Under the pieces are notes generated by a model, which saw only the letters and a list, made by a program, of their open reading frames with translations, did no database searches and was not told where the DNA came from. DNA of 64,000 nt. Origin: Ylistrum balloti. Lineage: Eukaryota. Shown here one piece after another: positions 37,101-48,774 of the stretch. The stretch covers positions 372,001 to 436,000 of the forward strand of contig NW_026782651.1 in NCBI RefSeq assembly GCF_031769215.1, written 5' to 3'. Position numbers and translations under genes: made by a program. How positions within the stretch are numbered: the stretch's first letter is position 1; every line of letters starts with the position of its first letter.

Positions 37101-40100
37101 AAAATGTCCAACATAGGAAGGAGCCTGATACACTATATATATTTGAAAAATAAACAAAACCAAAGAGTTGTAATCAGTAGATTTTGTGGGTTAAATTCAA
37201 ATTCATTCCAGAGGATCAGGAAACAGATTTATTGAAATTCTTTTTGTTAGATGGTACTGACTACATATGGAATCTTGACATGTTAAAATGAGATTACGAT
37301 AACTCTGCCATCTCAGTGAAATTTTAAGAGAATATGATTCATTTAAGTGTGAATGATTAACCCCCTGGAGGGGTTTTGGATTCAAAAATCAGTACCTTTG
37401 TTATACAAATTTGTCCAATAGGAGCACATGTATCCGCCATTTTCTGTGGCAAAGAACTTAGTGATAATGTCACATGTTTTACGTCAGTGTTAGAGGTATT
37501 GTTTTTAAATTCTTTTGATTAAAATTATAACATATGTAATGCCAGTTCCAAACCTGTGTTAATGTCATATCTGATTTATAGAACAGCAAATATGAACAGT
37601 TAAAGAACGCACTACAGAAATGTGAATCGTGGACACAGAGGGGACCTGCTAATAAAAGGTATGATATATAAACAGTATTCATTTCTGGTAATAAACCCAG
37701 CTTAGTAATAGGTCCACACATTTTTATTTCTGTTGAATAGAATTTCAAATGTGTTTAATTGTCCTGTAATAAGCCCAACCCAAAATCTAATAAGACAGAA
37801 TTTTTGAAAAGGTAGAATTTGTAAACTCTAGTAAAGTGGAGTTGATGGTATTCAGTGAGTGTTATAATACACTTACTACATTGTTGTCATTTAATTTCCT
37901 TTTGACAATATTACTGGAGAATAAAGTGAGGCAATACCAAAAATTTTCAGCATTTCATGACTTGATACCGTATAAAATGTCCAGGTGTGTTTAAATTTTA
38001 CACATTGGCCGGAGGCAGCAGACAATGTTTTTTATTCCTTACAATTCTCTGTTTTAAACCCCTATCTAAGTTACTAGAAGATGTGCTGATATACGACATC
38101 ATTATTCTAGCTTTTTTGCCTGTTTTACCTGTCACATTACTCGTTAATTCTAGGTGTTACTCCCTGATGGATACAGACAATCCCCCGGAGATTGTCCAGG
38201 AATGTATACAAGTGCTGAAGTCTGATGCCATGTTCCTTGTTTTGTCCAATCTTACTGGACTCAAACTTCACGAGCTGGCACCTGAATCTGATACCGACGA
38301 CAGCGAAGAGGAAACCACAGCTAATGGTAGATGGGAGATAACTCTATCAATATCAAAAACATTTCTAACTATAATTGTGGTTACATACAAAAAACTATTG
38401 TTTTAATAATTCTGGAATTTTGATAACTAACTACTGATTCTGAAAGTAGCATTCACTCAGTTTACAATGGATCTTTTTAAAAAATTTGCTTTGCATTTTC
38501 CCAATTTCAGAGAGTTATCCCCCTTCTATATAAAAGATACACACAATTTTAACTGACTATGCATTTTGAGAAATGACTGTCTTTCAAGCATCCAATTGGA
38601 TTAAAATTTGGTTCACATCTTTGTTGAACAGCACTGTTTAACATAAAAAAGTATTTTTTTCCTCTTTTTTTTCTATTTTTTTTTTTTTTTTTTTCGCTAT
38701 GGTACATGTAAACAAGTTTTACTGTAAATGGTCGTTATTCCTAGATCATAAAACAGATTTGATTATTTGACTATTGACAAATGGTATAACTAATTAAACC
38801 TACATTAGGATACATTAGGTGTTTCAGGAACAATTACTGTATACTGTTATCATCAGGGTGACAGATCTAATTGTGATAAGAATTTGGACAAAATATGAAT
38901 TTCACCATACTTAAGATATCTAAGTTAAAATTAACCTTCATATGTAGAACTTAACATGTTAAGAAAACTTATTGTCAGATTTTACAATACATGCTGATAG
39001 GGTCATAAACCATTGGACCTAAACTTGTAAGTAAATCTTGTTTATCAAAATGTTATCTTCTGCTAAACAATGAACAGTGTTGGCATGTTTTTAGCTCACC
39101 TGGCCCAAAGCATGGTATTCGGCTAAAGTCCGACAAAGTTTGTGAAAGGAAATGATCTAGACCTTTATTCAAGGTCACACAGATTAAATTTGTTTAAATA
39201 TTTTAACAACTTACTCTGACTTCCAAAAGGCTTAAAATAATGATATTTTGCTGATTGGTCTCTGGAATGAAGCCTGACAAAGTAACAAAAAAGAAATAAC
39301 CTTGAACCATATTCAAGGTCACAAAGGTCAAATTGTCAGTACTGTAAAAGACTTCTTTTGATAAACCAAAAGTTGGAGAAGCATGATATTTGGTGGAATG
39401 TTGTTTCTTGGTCATAGCCAAAAAAAATTTGGGAAAAGACATTTAATTATAATCAAGGTCATAAGTGTCAATGTTTTAGAGAGTTGAGTATAAGAAGCTG
39501 TTTGTTGTGGAAATTAGATAAAGTTGATTGGATGTTCCCTGTTTGAATGCTAATGGTTTATATGTTAATGTACTTTTGATAAACAATAACCCTATTTTTG
39601 ATGAATATTTAATACCAGGTGAGTGATGCAGGCCTATTGGACCTCTTGTTTTATATATTTTGTTTTAGTTGTCATTCTTTTATCACAGGAACAAAAGGAG
39701 AACCATGCTATTGTAGCCAGGTACGGCGCTGGAGACATGGATCGTATACTTTGGTACACGACAACGACATCGAGGGTGACAGAGAGTTTGCACTGGATAC
39801 TCTCTTATACATAGGCTGTGAAGGTAAGTAAAATTTGTACTACAGCACCATAGTACCTGTCAACAGAAAATCTTGTACATAGACTGTGAAGGTGTAACAA
39901 TTGTACTACAACACCATAGTACCTGCCATTAGAAAATCTTATACATGGACTGTGAAGGTGTAAGAATTGTACTACAGCACCATAGTACCTGCCATGAGAA
40001 AATCTTATACATGGACTGTGAAGGTGTAAGAATTGTACTACAGCACCATAGTACCTGCCATTAGAAAATCTTATACATAGACTGGGAAGGTAAGTAACAA

Positions 40101-43100
40101 TTGTACTACAGCACCATAGTCCCTGTCATTAGAAAATCTTATACATGGACTGTGAAGGTGTAAGAATTGTACTACAGCACCATAGTACCTGCCATTAGAA
40201 AATCGTATACATAGACTGTGAAGGTGTAAGAATTGTACTACAGCACCATAGTACCTGTCTATAGAAAATTGTATACATAGACTGTGAAGGTGTAAGAATT
40301 GTACTACAGCACCATAGTACCTGCCATTAGATAATCTCTGATATTTAATAGATAAATAATTGACATGGTGCAAGATACCACAACAATCTGAAGGGATGTT
40401 TGTCTTAACCTTTTGATGGCTAAAGGCGTGACTTTATCTCTCAAAAGATTTTTCTTATGTTCTTATGTCTAGCAGGCAGTCTTCACTAAGTTTATAATCA
40501 CTTTAATCACTTTAGTGAATTTACTTTAGATATTATAAGATATCTACTTGCCATTAAAGTTTTACAATGGTCCAATAGTCATTACTACATGTACAAAATC
40601 TCTTCTGATAAGTTAAGCTGGTGATTATCATACACTTATTTTCAGCCTGTAGGTTATATACTATTAATATTATAGTACCCACCATATCATTCATTTTGCT
40701 CATAAAGCAAAGGCCCAGGGCATGGATATTAGTTCTGAAGCATGCTGAGATGAAGGGCTAGTAATTTTATTTAAATAAATGACCTGGACCCACTTTCAGG
40801 ATGGCAAGGATCCAATGTGATAAAAATTTCCAAACAAGTCTTCCTCATTAACAAAAGGCCAAGGATATCGATAATGTGCATATAGCATGCTGGAATGAAG
40901 GACTACTATGTTTGTTCAAATAAATGACATTGACCCACTTTCAATGTCACATTTGGCAGTTGTGTAAAGAACTTCAAGCTTCTTTTATATTAACCCATAA
41001 GCCCAGTATCATGGTGTTTGTGAAATAATAGTAGTAGTAGTAGTAGCTTTCATGTTTGCAAAAATTTAATGAAAAGACAAAGTCTTCTTTTTTTAATCTG
41101 CAAAAGGAGGTGAGCCATTGAGGCCTATTGGGCCTCTTGTTAATAATGCATGTCATTTTAGCATGGATGTGCATGTATTTCGTTTCTACCGAGTGTTAAA
41201 TGGGAAGTTTTTTGTACATGCTTACAGAAGTAAACCATTGTAACCCAACGGGTCAAGATGACCTATTACTATTGTGCATTGTCCGTCATCATGTGCAGTG
41301 CACTGTCCATTGTTCACTGTCCGTAATTTTTTTCTTTAAAACATTACTCCTGCTTTATGCCTTGGCGGATTTCAACCAAATTTTGTCTGAAACATAATTA
41401 TTTCTGAAACTCATGAAGTTGATTCACCCCCTTGGGACCAGGGGATGGGCCTAAAAATATTTTGTTTCAAAATGCTACTCCTCCTTAATGCTTTGGTAGA
41501 TTTCAATCAAACATTATCAGAGACTAGCAATGATATTAAACATGCATGAAGTGATCCCGAGATTGTACTTACCAAATCTTATTTCTTTCACTTTGGTCCA
41601 AAATCCGACTTGACTCATTTTGAACAACTAGTCAGAACTACTTCTCAAGTTTCAGTCACACCGATGAGAAAAATATTTGGAGTTTGATTTGTTAAGGAAA
41701 AGAAAAGAGATCATTTGTTTTTATTTTTCAGCCTGATCAAAACTCCAACATGGTGACCACATTACCTATTTTGTAACATGATTGTACAACTGTTTTTCAT
41801 GAACAGCACTTACCATTTATGAATGTCTGGTACTTTCAAGGAATGTTGAAAATTTGAATTCATCAGACATGTCTGACTATTGTCAGTGAATTCTGTAGTT
41901 TGTCCATCCATTCGTCAACTGTCAGATGATCAAGGGCCTCTTGTCACATATTCATTTTACTATTGTGAAATCATTAATTTTCAGGAGGTTTCAAACCCAT
42001 AGTTACTGTTATTTTGCGAATTGATATGTCCACAAAAAGATAACCCGATAACCTTGACATCAAGATTATTACATGTGGATTAAGGCAGTCAGATCTATCC
42101 ACCAAATCAAGTGCTATGAAAAAAACATTATTCTGTAAGACCATGAAATCAGAACCCTATGATATATTTATGATTTCGCAGTATTGAATGACCATCCTTT
42201 TTTGTCCAGGTTGGGAGCCTGACCAAGGCGGGATTACATCCTACATTGCACGAGGAGAGGATGAGGAGGTGAGAAACCAAAAAAATTTTACCAACTGTTT
42301 TGAAAATCTGACTCTAAGCTCTGTTGTTCAGCCATAGTTTGAAAATAGCGTAGTCCGTCCTGTCTGATGGTATGGAACCATATCAGTGAGATTAGAAAAT
42401 AAACATTATCATTAAACATGAATCTGTGATGTCTGGACATCAAACATGAATCTGTGATGTCTGGACATCAGACATGAATCTGTGATGTCTGGACATCAGA
42501 CATGAATCTGTGATGTCTGGACATCAGACATGAATCTGTGATGTCTGGACATCAGACATGAATCTGTGATGTCTGGACATCAGACATGAATCTGTGATGT
42601 CTGGACATCAGACATGAATCTGTGATGTCTGGACATCAGACATGAATCTGTGATGTCTGGACATCAGACATGAATCTGTGATGTCTTGACATTAGACATG
42701 ACAGGTCATTAAGTATATTTAGTTTCATCTGTTTGATTTATTTTATAATGTGTTATATACAAGATAAAACAAGGAGAGGTGAAAAAACATCTGAACAATT
42801 TGGTGTAGTTAAGATTGTGTTGAAATTGTTGATGTTGTTCTGAAGTTCATGTATATTTCCATCTGTGATGAAGAGTTTTACTGATTTTGTTGAGATAAAT
42901 AAGATGTTTATACAGACCTAACAGATAAGCTTAAATCAGTATAATTTTCCTGGTCCGTTAAGCAACATATTCACAGAACACAAGTCCTTTGTTCTTCTTT
43001 TCCCCCATTCCTTGTCAGCACTCTTGCAGTTTCATTCCTTTAGGGATTTTGATCCAACTTTAAACAAGTTCGAATTTCAAGGTGAAAGTCAAGGTTAATA

Positions 43101-43535
43101 GTTTAAGTAAATCATTGTCAGCTCTCAAGCAGCATCGTTCCTAGAGGGATTTTGATCAAACTCGACTTGAACTTCCAATTTTCTGTCCTCTTTATTGGAC
43201 ATCACTTCTTGTCAAATCACAAAGGTATTTGATCAAACTTGACTTATTTCTGAATAAATATGACAGTGATTTGGAGTATCACCAACCTCTGTCATAATTC
43301 AGTGTGATCTAACCAATAAGGATTTGTTTCTATCCCTCAGAGATTTACGGGAAAGCCTGTAGTTGTAATCATGTGTCATATTTTCCAGTTGCTGTCCGTG
43401 AGTCCATCTGAGAACAGTCTGGCGCTGGTCTACCGTGGCCAAGACACACTACACTTTGTTAAACATCTCAACGCCAGATCTAGAAACTTACCAAATAAGG
43501 AATTTTATGACATATGCTGTACATATTATGAATAA
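27929..43535 (+). CDS. OGFOD1: Prolyl 3-hydroxylase OGFOD1, 511 aa; join(27929-28121,29281-29426,31046-31095,31349-31449,31752-31871,33829-33920,35545-35673,36351-36464,37582-37658,38154-38326,39689-39823,42210-42268,43389-43535)
   Basis: The 13 exons total 1536 nt in one frame. Motifs: [17 protein letters not shown]-like [31 protein letters not shown] (HxD), [12 protein letters not shown] (distal His), [11 protein letters not shown] (2OG-binding Arg), [40 protein letters not shown] and C-terminal YYE*. All match the TPA1/OGFOD1 family as recalled. Confidence 0.96.
29281..29426 (+). CDS. OGFOD1: OGFOD1 exon 2
   Basis: tttcag|GT TCA...TGT CAG|gtattt; [12 protein letters not shown]...[11 protein letters not shown]. 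Confidence 0.95.
29876..30898. mobile_element. Solo LTR (1023 bp) in OGFOD1 intron 2
   Basis: Termini TGTAG...CTACA flanked by a 5-bp direct repeat GCAAA (29871-29875 and 30899-30903). No internal gag/pol; CpG-rich core; internal (TA)n. Confidence 0.8.
31046..31095 (+). CDS. OGFOD1: OGFOD1 exon 3
   Basis: tgtag|[17 protein letters not shown]|gtaaaa, 50 nt, phase 0 to 2. Confidence 0.88.
31349..31449 (+). CDS. OGFOD1: OGFOD1 exon 4
   Basis: ttacag|...[27 protein letters not shown]|gtatat. Confidence 0.95.
31752..31871 (+). CDS. OGFOD1: OGFOD1 exon 5
   Basis: [23 protein letters not shown]...GGALDLF; ends |gtgagt. Confidence 0.97.
32168..32255 (-). mobile_element. tRNA-derived SINE family B, copy 1
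   Basis: Minus strand GATAGAATGTCTGGATAGAGACTGAAGGGTCACCAGGTCGAACCC...CAGGGTGTTTTTCATTACTCCTTCATATTACA; similar to the 56060 and 60785 copies. Confidence 0.65.
33829..33920 (+). CDS. OGFOD1: OGFOD1 exon 6
   Basis: [31 protein letters not shown]|gtaggt. Confidence 0.95.
34112..34586. repeat. Tandem array, 31-bp unit, 15 apparently identical copies
   Basis: CAGGTACTCATTGTTAAGTCACTCTTACATA. Confidence 0.97.
34958..35285. repeat. Tandem array, 55-bp unit, 6 copies
   Basis: GTATTCAAAGTCAGGGGGTGGGGCTTTTTACAGGACAAAGAAATGATATTGGTTT. Confidence 0.95.
35545..35673 (+). CDS. OGFOD1: OGFOD1 exon 7
   Basis: [22 protein letters not shown]...|gtaagt. Confidence 0.96.
35849..36181. repeat. Tandem array, 79-bp unit, ~4 copies
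   Basis: TCTCCCAGTAGGTATTGTAGTACCCTACTTAATGTTATATATTGTGACTGTAAGGAAGGAC... Confidence 0.93.
36351..36464 (+). CDS. OGFOD1: OGFOD1 exon 8
   Basis: [38 protein letters not shown]|gtaaaa. Confidence 0.96.
37582..37658 (+). CDS. OGFOD1: OGFOD1 exon 9
   Basis: ttatag|[26 protein letters not shown]|gtatga. Confidence 0.92.
38154..38326 (+). CDS. OGFOD1: OGFOD1 exon 10
   Basis: CYSL...[42 protein letters not shown]|gtagat. Confidence 0.93.
39088..39651 (+). mobile_element. Non-autonomous Helentron-like (HINE) element
   Basis: 5' T-run plus AGCTCACCTGG subTIR (39093); 3' CCAGGTGAG subTIR (39615), hairpin AGGCC-TATTG-GACCT and TTGTT end. Confidence 0.6.
39689..39823 (+). CDS. OGFOD1: OGFOD1 exon 11
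   Basis: [25 protein letters not shown]...[13 protein letters not shown]|gtaagt. Confidence 0.95.
39803..40335. repeat. Tandem array, 66/68-bp unit, ~8 copies, beginning inside OGFOD1 exon 11
   Basis: TCTTATACATAGACTGTGAAG|GT(AAG/GTA)...TTGTACTACAGCACCATAGTACCTGCCATTAGAAAA. Confidence 0.95.
40690..41141 (+). mobile_element. HINE-like element, 3' part
   Basis: AGGTGAGC subTIR, perfect hairpin GAGGCC-TATTG-GGCCTC (41120-41136), TTGTT end. The left boundary is approximate. Confidence 0.5.
42210..42268 (+). CDS. OGFOD1: OGFOD1 exon 12
   Basis: [20 protein letters not shown]|gtgaga. Confidence 0.96.
42414..42701. repeat. Tandem array, 28-bp unit, ~10 copies
   Basis: ACATGAATCTGTGATGTCTGGACATCAG. 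Confidence 0.96.
43389..43535 (+). CDS. OGFOD1: OGFOD1 exon 13 (terminal)
   Basis: [28 protein letters not shown]...[10 protein letters not shown]. Confidence 0.96.
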   Translation: MLSVSPSENSLALVYRGQDTLHFVKHLNARSRNLPNKEFYDICCTYYE

Positions 43536-45449
43536 ATGTATAAAATTTGAGGGCAGTGATTTATATTTACAAGGTGTGTACGACCCAGACATTCTGTTGA
43601 CATTTCATGTCAAGTTCATAGCATATGATCAGTATCGATGGTAACTGACATTTCATATTTTCATGGAAAAGGAATGAATCATATTTCCACTTACTGGTCT
43701 TGGGAGATGAGTGGTCGATTCTATACCATCTCATACATTAAGTATACCAGTGCTAGTACGCTCCATACTGGTCATTTGTCTGAAAAGGTGGCTGTGTATT
43801 CATCAAAATGTCACACACAAATCTTCTACTGGTTCTGTTATAAGAACTTCTATTCTATTTACTTCAATACCAGTCTGAAAAAATGTTCCAAAATAAGAGG
43901 TGAATGAGTCATTCTCTCAACAGAATCAGGAGTTTTCTTCTGTTTTCTATTTAAAGGTTTTTTTTGGTACAATCCTATTTGATTCAAAACTCCATTACAC
44001 TCATGTGGAAGACTTTCCAGAAATGAAAATCTTTCGGTAACTGGCTCATTTGAGTCATTGTATCTCTCAGTAAATAGATACGGTAATTCCTTAACGTTTC
44101 CCTTAAAAACAATCATTGTAAGACAATTAAGCCTTTATTGAGACCATGTTTATCGCTACTTTTTGATCTCGCCCTCAATTTTTGTGTTTTTTTCATGAAA
44201 CTGTTATTGGTGTTTTGGTATAGTGCATGTATCTGGGAGTTATTTAACTCTCAACATTCTTTAATCTATACTTGAGATTAGAGATAAAGATGGGAGATAC
44301 TGAGTACATGGGGACCATCTTGGCATTATTCAGAGATCCTAAAGGGATTTCATTGTCAAGAATTGTACAATCCTAGTGGTATAAGACTGCAGATCTTTCT
44401 ATTCTTTTCTTTCAAAATTCTTCCATTCTAACATTAAATATGTCATAAATGTCATTTAAGAATTTTCTACAGAGGATAGAATTCAACAACGGTAAAAATA
44501 TACACAATCATTCATTCTCAAATAAACTTTGTACAATGTATGGGATTGAAACTAAAATCTTTTATTTCACTTCAATGATGACACCAATCTGCCATAAGAT
44601 GGTATATTTACCGAGAACGACTGATTTAGTGTGTACGTATTATAGAATTTGACCAGATGTTCTATAGAGTGTAAGATTGGGCAATTTACACTGGTATGGT
44701 CCAGGTATATTTAGATTCAGCCGTCGTACAGATAATGTTAGGAAGTCATTCCTGATTGAGTCAAAGAAACCTGTATATCCATGGCACAGTAGATTCTAAG
44801 TATTCTAAAGCTTACCATTGTGTAAGAAGGTCAGTTTGAACCGGAAATTTATAGTTTACTCAGAAAATAGTCAAATCTTAATTAATCAAAAATAAGATAC
44901 AAATACACAACACATGGTAACAAAGATATATTCTTAATAATAGACATAATATTTCAAATCACATTAATTTAGGGACGAGAAGTTTAATACATATATATAT
45001 ATTAATATATATTGTAAAAAACTAAGATTTGAGTCACATGTAATTTCCAATTGGGCTAACAATTATGACACTTTAAAATACATTTGAGTTAATTTCAGTG
45101 TTTTTTAAACTATTCTCAATATTTCATGAATATCAAATTTATAAATCAAATTTATGATACAATGATTGTAAAATCATATCTTTTGTGGAGCTAAATTCTT
45201 CAAAAAAATTGAAAGAAAAGGATACTGTGGAAACTTGATTTCGTTTATCAATATAGCACAATCCATCAATTTATACTAATTCTAACAATTAATTGACATA
45301 AAACAGCTCTCACCAAATTGATAAAAATAAATCCCATGAAAATTAATGATTGTAAGAGTAAGTACTAAAACAAATCACTTCTCAAAGGCTGTCACTTATT
45401 TATAAGTTAATCCTTAACTGTGATACATGGCCTTATAAGAAATATCACA

Positions 45450-47098
45450 ATCTAACACCAGGAACTGACACCAACACTGTCTAACATCAGGAACTGACAC
45501 CAACACAGTCTAACATCAGGAACTGACACCAACCAAGTCTAACATCAGGAACTGACACCAACACAGTCTAACACCAGGAACTGACACCAACACAGTCTAA
45601 CATCAGGAACTGACACCAACACAGTCTAACATCAGGAACTGACACCAACATAGTCTAACACCAGGAACTGACACCAACACAGTCTAACATCAGGAACTGA
45701 CACCAACACAGTCTAACATCAGGAACTGACACCAACACAGTCTAACATCAGGAACTGACACCAACACAGTCTAACATCAGGAACTGACACCAACACAGTC
45801 TAACACCAGGAACTGACACCAACACAGTCTAACACCAGGAACTGACACCAACACAGTCTAACACCAGGAACTGACACCAACACAGTCTAACACCAGGAAC
45901 TGACACCAGCACAGTCTAACACCAGGAACTGACACCAACACAGTCTAACACCAGGAACTGACACCAACACAGTCTAACACCAGGAACTGACACCAACACA
46001 GTCTAACACCAGGAACTGACACCAACACAGTCTAACACCAGGAACTGACACCAACACAGTCTAACATCAGGAACTGACACCAACACAGTCTAACATCAAG
46101 AACTGACACCAACACAGTCTAACACCAGGAACTGACACCAACACAGTCTAACATCAGGAACTGACACCAACAAAGTCTAACACCAGGAACTGACACCAAC
46201 ACAGTCTAACACCAGGAACTGACACCAACACAGTCTAACACCAGGAACTGACACCAACACAGTCTAACACCAGGAACTGACACCAACACAGTCTAACACC
46301 AGGAACTGACACCAACACAGTCTAACACCAGGAACTGACACCAACACAGTCTAACACCAGGAACTGACACCAACACAGTCTAACACCAGGAACTGACACC
46401 AACAAAGTCTAACACCAGGAACTGACACCAACACAGTCTAACACCAGGAACTGACACCAACACAGTCTAACACCAGGAACTGACACCAACACAGTCTAAC
46501 ACCAGGAACTGACACCAACAAAGTCTAACATCAGGAACTGACACCAACACAGTCTAACATCAGGAACTGACACCAACACAGTCTAACATCAGGAACTGAC
46601 ACCAACACAGGAACTGACACCAACACAGTCTAACATCAGGAACTGACACCAACACAGTCTAACATCAGGAACTGACACCAACACAGTCTAACACCAGGAA
46701 CTGACACCAACACAGTCTAACATCAGGAACTGACACCAACACAGTCTAACATCAGGAACTGACACCAACACAGTCTAACATCAGGAACTGACACCAACAC
46801 AGTCTAACACCAGGAACTGACACCAACACAGTCTAACACCAGGAACTGACACCAACAAAGTCTAACACCAGGAACTGACACCAACACAGTCTAACACCAG
46901 GAACTGACACCAACACAGTCTAACATCAGGAACTGACACCAACAGTCTAACACCAGGAACTGACACCAACACAGTCTAACATCAGGAACTGACACCAACA
47001 AAGTCTAACATCAGGAACTGACACCAACACAGTCTAACATCAGGAACTGACACCAACAGTCTAACATCAGGAACTGACACCAACTCAACCTAACATCA
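45450..47098. repeat. Tandem array, 29-bp unit, ~57 copies
   Basis: AACACAGTCTAACA(C/T)CAGGAACTGACACC. Confidence 0.97.
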
Positions 47099-47562
47099 TT
47101 GATATAAAAATTCTGAATGACAAAAGAAAAAAATCACATCCAGGCAGTTATTTCATCATTGATATATATATTTGCTTGCTAGGTTTTTGTTATTGCCCTA
47201 TTAACAACAATGGTCATGTTGACTGATGACAACCTCACTGAACAACATACTGGAGGCCCATTACATTCCAACAAAAACATGAGGAAAGTGTCTTTCCCAA
47301 GGATGGACAACTAAAACAGATGATTATCTCAACTTCCTGAGAACTGCAACCTTCACCAGGTAAGGAATATGAAACTACACACCTCAGATCCTCACCGGAG
47401 TTGGCACAGTCCAATACATTGCAGACTGTGCTATTGCCAGCCTTCATATACAACCACAAATTATGGTAAGTGTACACATGTACCTCATGTTATATCATAC
47501 TAATTTATACAACAGTTAGCCCTGGGGTTCAATATCACATCACATGACTCGAAGTAGAAAGG

Positions 47563-47908
47563 TAGGGGTATAACAGGTCACTGATAAAGCATTTCTTGAC
47601 ACTACAACTGAAACTATTGAGTAGGGGTGGGCTTATTACAGGTCACTGATAAAGCATTTCTTGACACTACAACTGAAACTATTGAGTAGGGGTGGGCTTA
47701 TTACAGGTCACTGATAAAGCACTTCCTGACACTACCAATGAAACTGCAATAAGTAGGGGTGGGCTTATAACAGGTCACTGATAAAGCATTTCCTGACACT
47801 ACCACTTAAACTGCAATAAGTAGGAGAGGGCTTATTACAGGTCACTGATAAAGCATTTCCTGACACTACCACTGAAACTGCAATAAGTAGGAGAGGGCTT
47901 ATTACCAG
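47563..47908. repeat. Tandem array, 65-bp unit, ~5 copies
   Basis: CAGGTCACTGATAAAGCATTTCTTGACACTACAACTGAAACT...GTAGGGGTGGGCTTATTA. Confidence 0.93.
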
Positions 47909-48480
47909 GAACAGGCTTATTGATACATTAAAATACAATATTGTGTACAGTTCAACGTTCAACAATTAAAACAAAGTCCATCAGCCATAACAATATGCAC
48001 ATAATAAAACTTTAACAAAAACAATGTGTACTGCCATCTCATTTTAACAGGGGAAGGGACTACACAATATTACAAATAGGACCTTTTAAATGACCGGAGA
48101 ACTCAAATCAAAGTGATAAAACTGATTTAGAAATAATTTCATCAAGTAAAACAGTAACAATTTGACTAGTAAATATAAGCATGTATGTATAAGGCTACCC
48201 TGTATTTACCTTCACATAAAAATGTTAAAAAATGACATGAATTAATTCATAGAGATATTAGTCTCTAAGGATCAACAAGATTGATGTATACACATAATAG
48301 GTAAATACTTCAGAAACAAGATACATGTACAAATACATAAAAATACAGTGTCATGTCTAACAGGTGGAATGTTTGTCCCACAAAAGTAGAAGAAGTCATT
48401 TTTCAACATCTGATTAAAGAAAAAATATTAGAAAATTATTTTAAAGCCAATAAAAACTGCGTATCTTTTTCTAAGTTTTA

Positions 48481-48774
48481 CTACAGTTCATCTCTGTGGT
48501 TCATACTGTTGTTTGGTTTGGAAAATTTAATCATCCGATGTAAATCTTCAAGTTTATCGTCGGTTGTCTTGATCCAAAAGTTAGCGATCCATTTCGTTCC
48601 CACAGTGACGGGACACCCCCCATGGAATGTATGTCTGTCCATGGCCCCAAGCCAGCCTGAGTCTGGGTCAACCTTGTGATTGTACCATATGATGGCCTTG
48701 CCCTTTGCTGGGGTCACACGGAGGTAGGAGTCGCACTTTCTGTACAGATTCATCAGCTGTTCTTCTTGTACCCG
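48481..48774 (-). CDS. P4HTM: P4HTM-like exon 10 (terminal)
   Basis: catcag|RVQEE...HGGCPVTVGTKWIANFWI...NHRDEL*. Confidence 0.96.
   Translation of the reverse strand, partial: RVQEEQLMNLYRKCDSYLRVTPAKGKAIIWYNHKVDPDSGWLGAMDRHTFHGGCPVTVGTKWIANFWIKTTDDKLEDLHRMIKFSKPNNSMNHRDEL

Noticed and set aside
37987-38406. 139-aa ORF in the track
   Set aside because: This is OGFOD1 exon 10 plus open flanking intron, not a separate gene. The same applies to the ORFs at 25387, 29235, 39619, 49988, 55808 and 59290.
43690-43780. Kinase subdomain IX-like VWS...YEM on the minus strand
   Set aside because: The spacing is wrong by 3 residues, it is flanked by stops, and there are no other kinase motifs.
47230-47470. 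Exon-like plus-strand block ending ATG|GTAAGT
   Set aside because: It has internal stops and no recognisable homology or partner exons.
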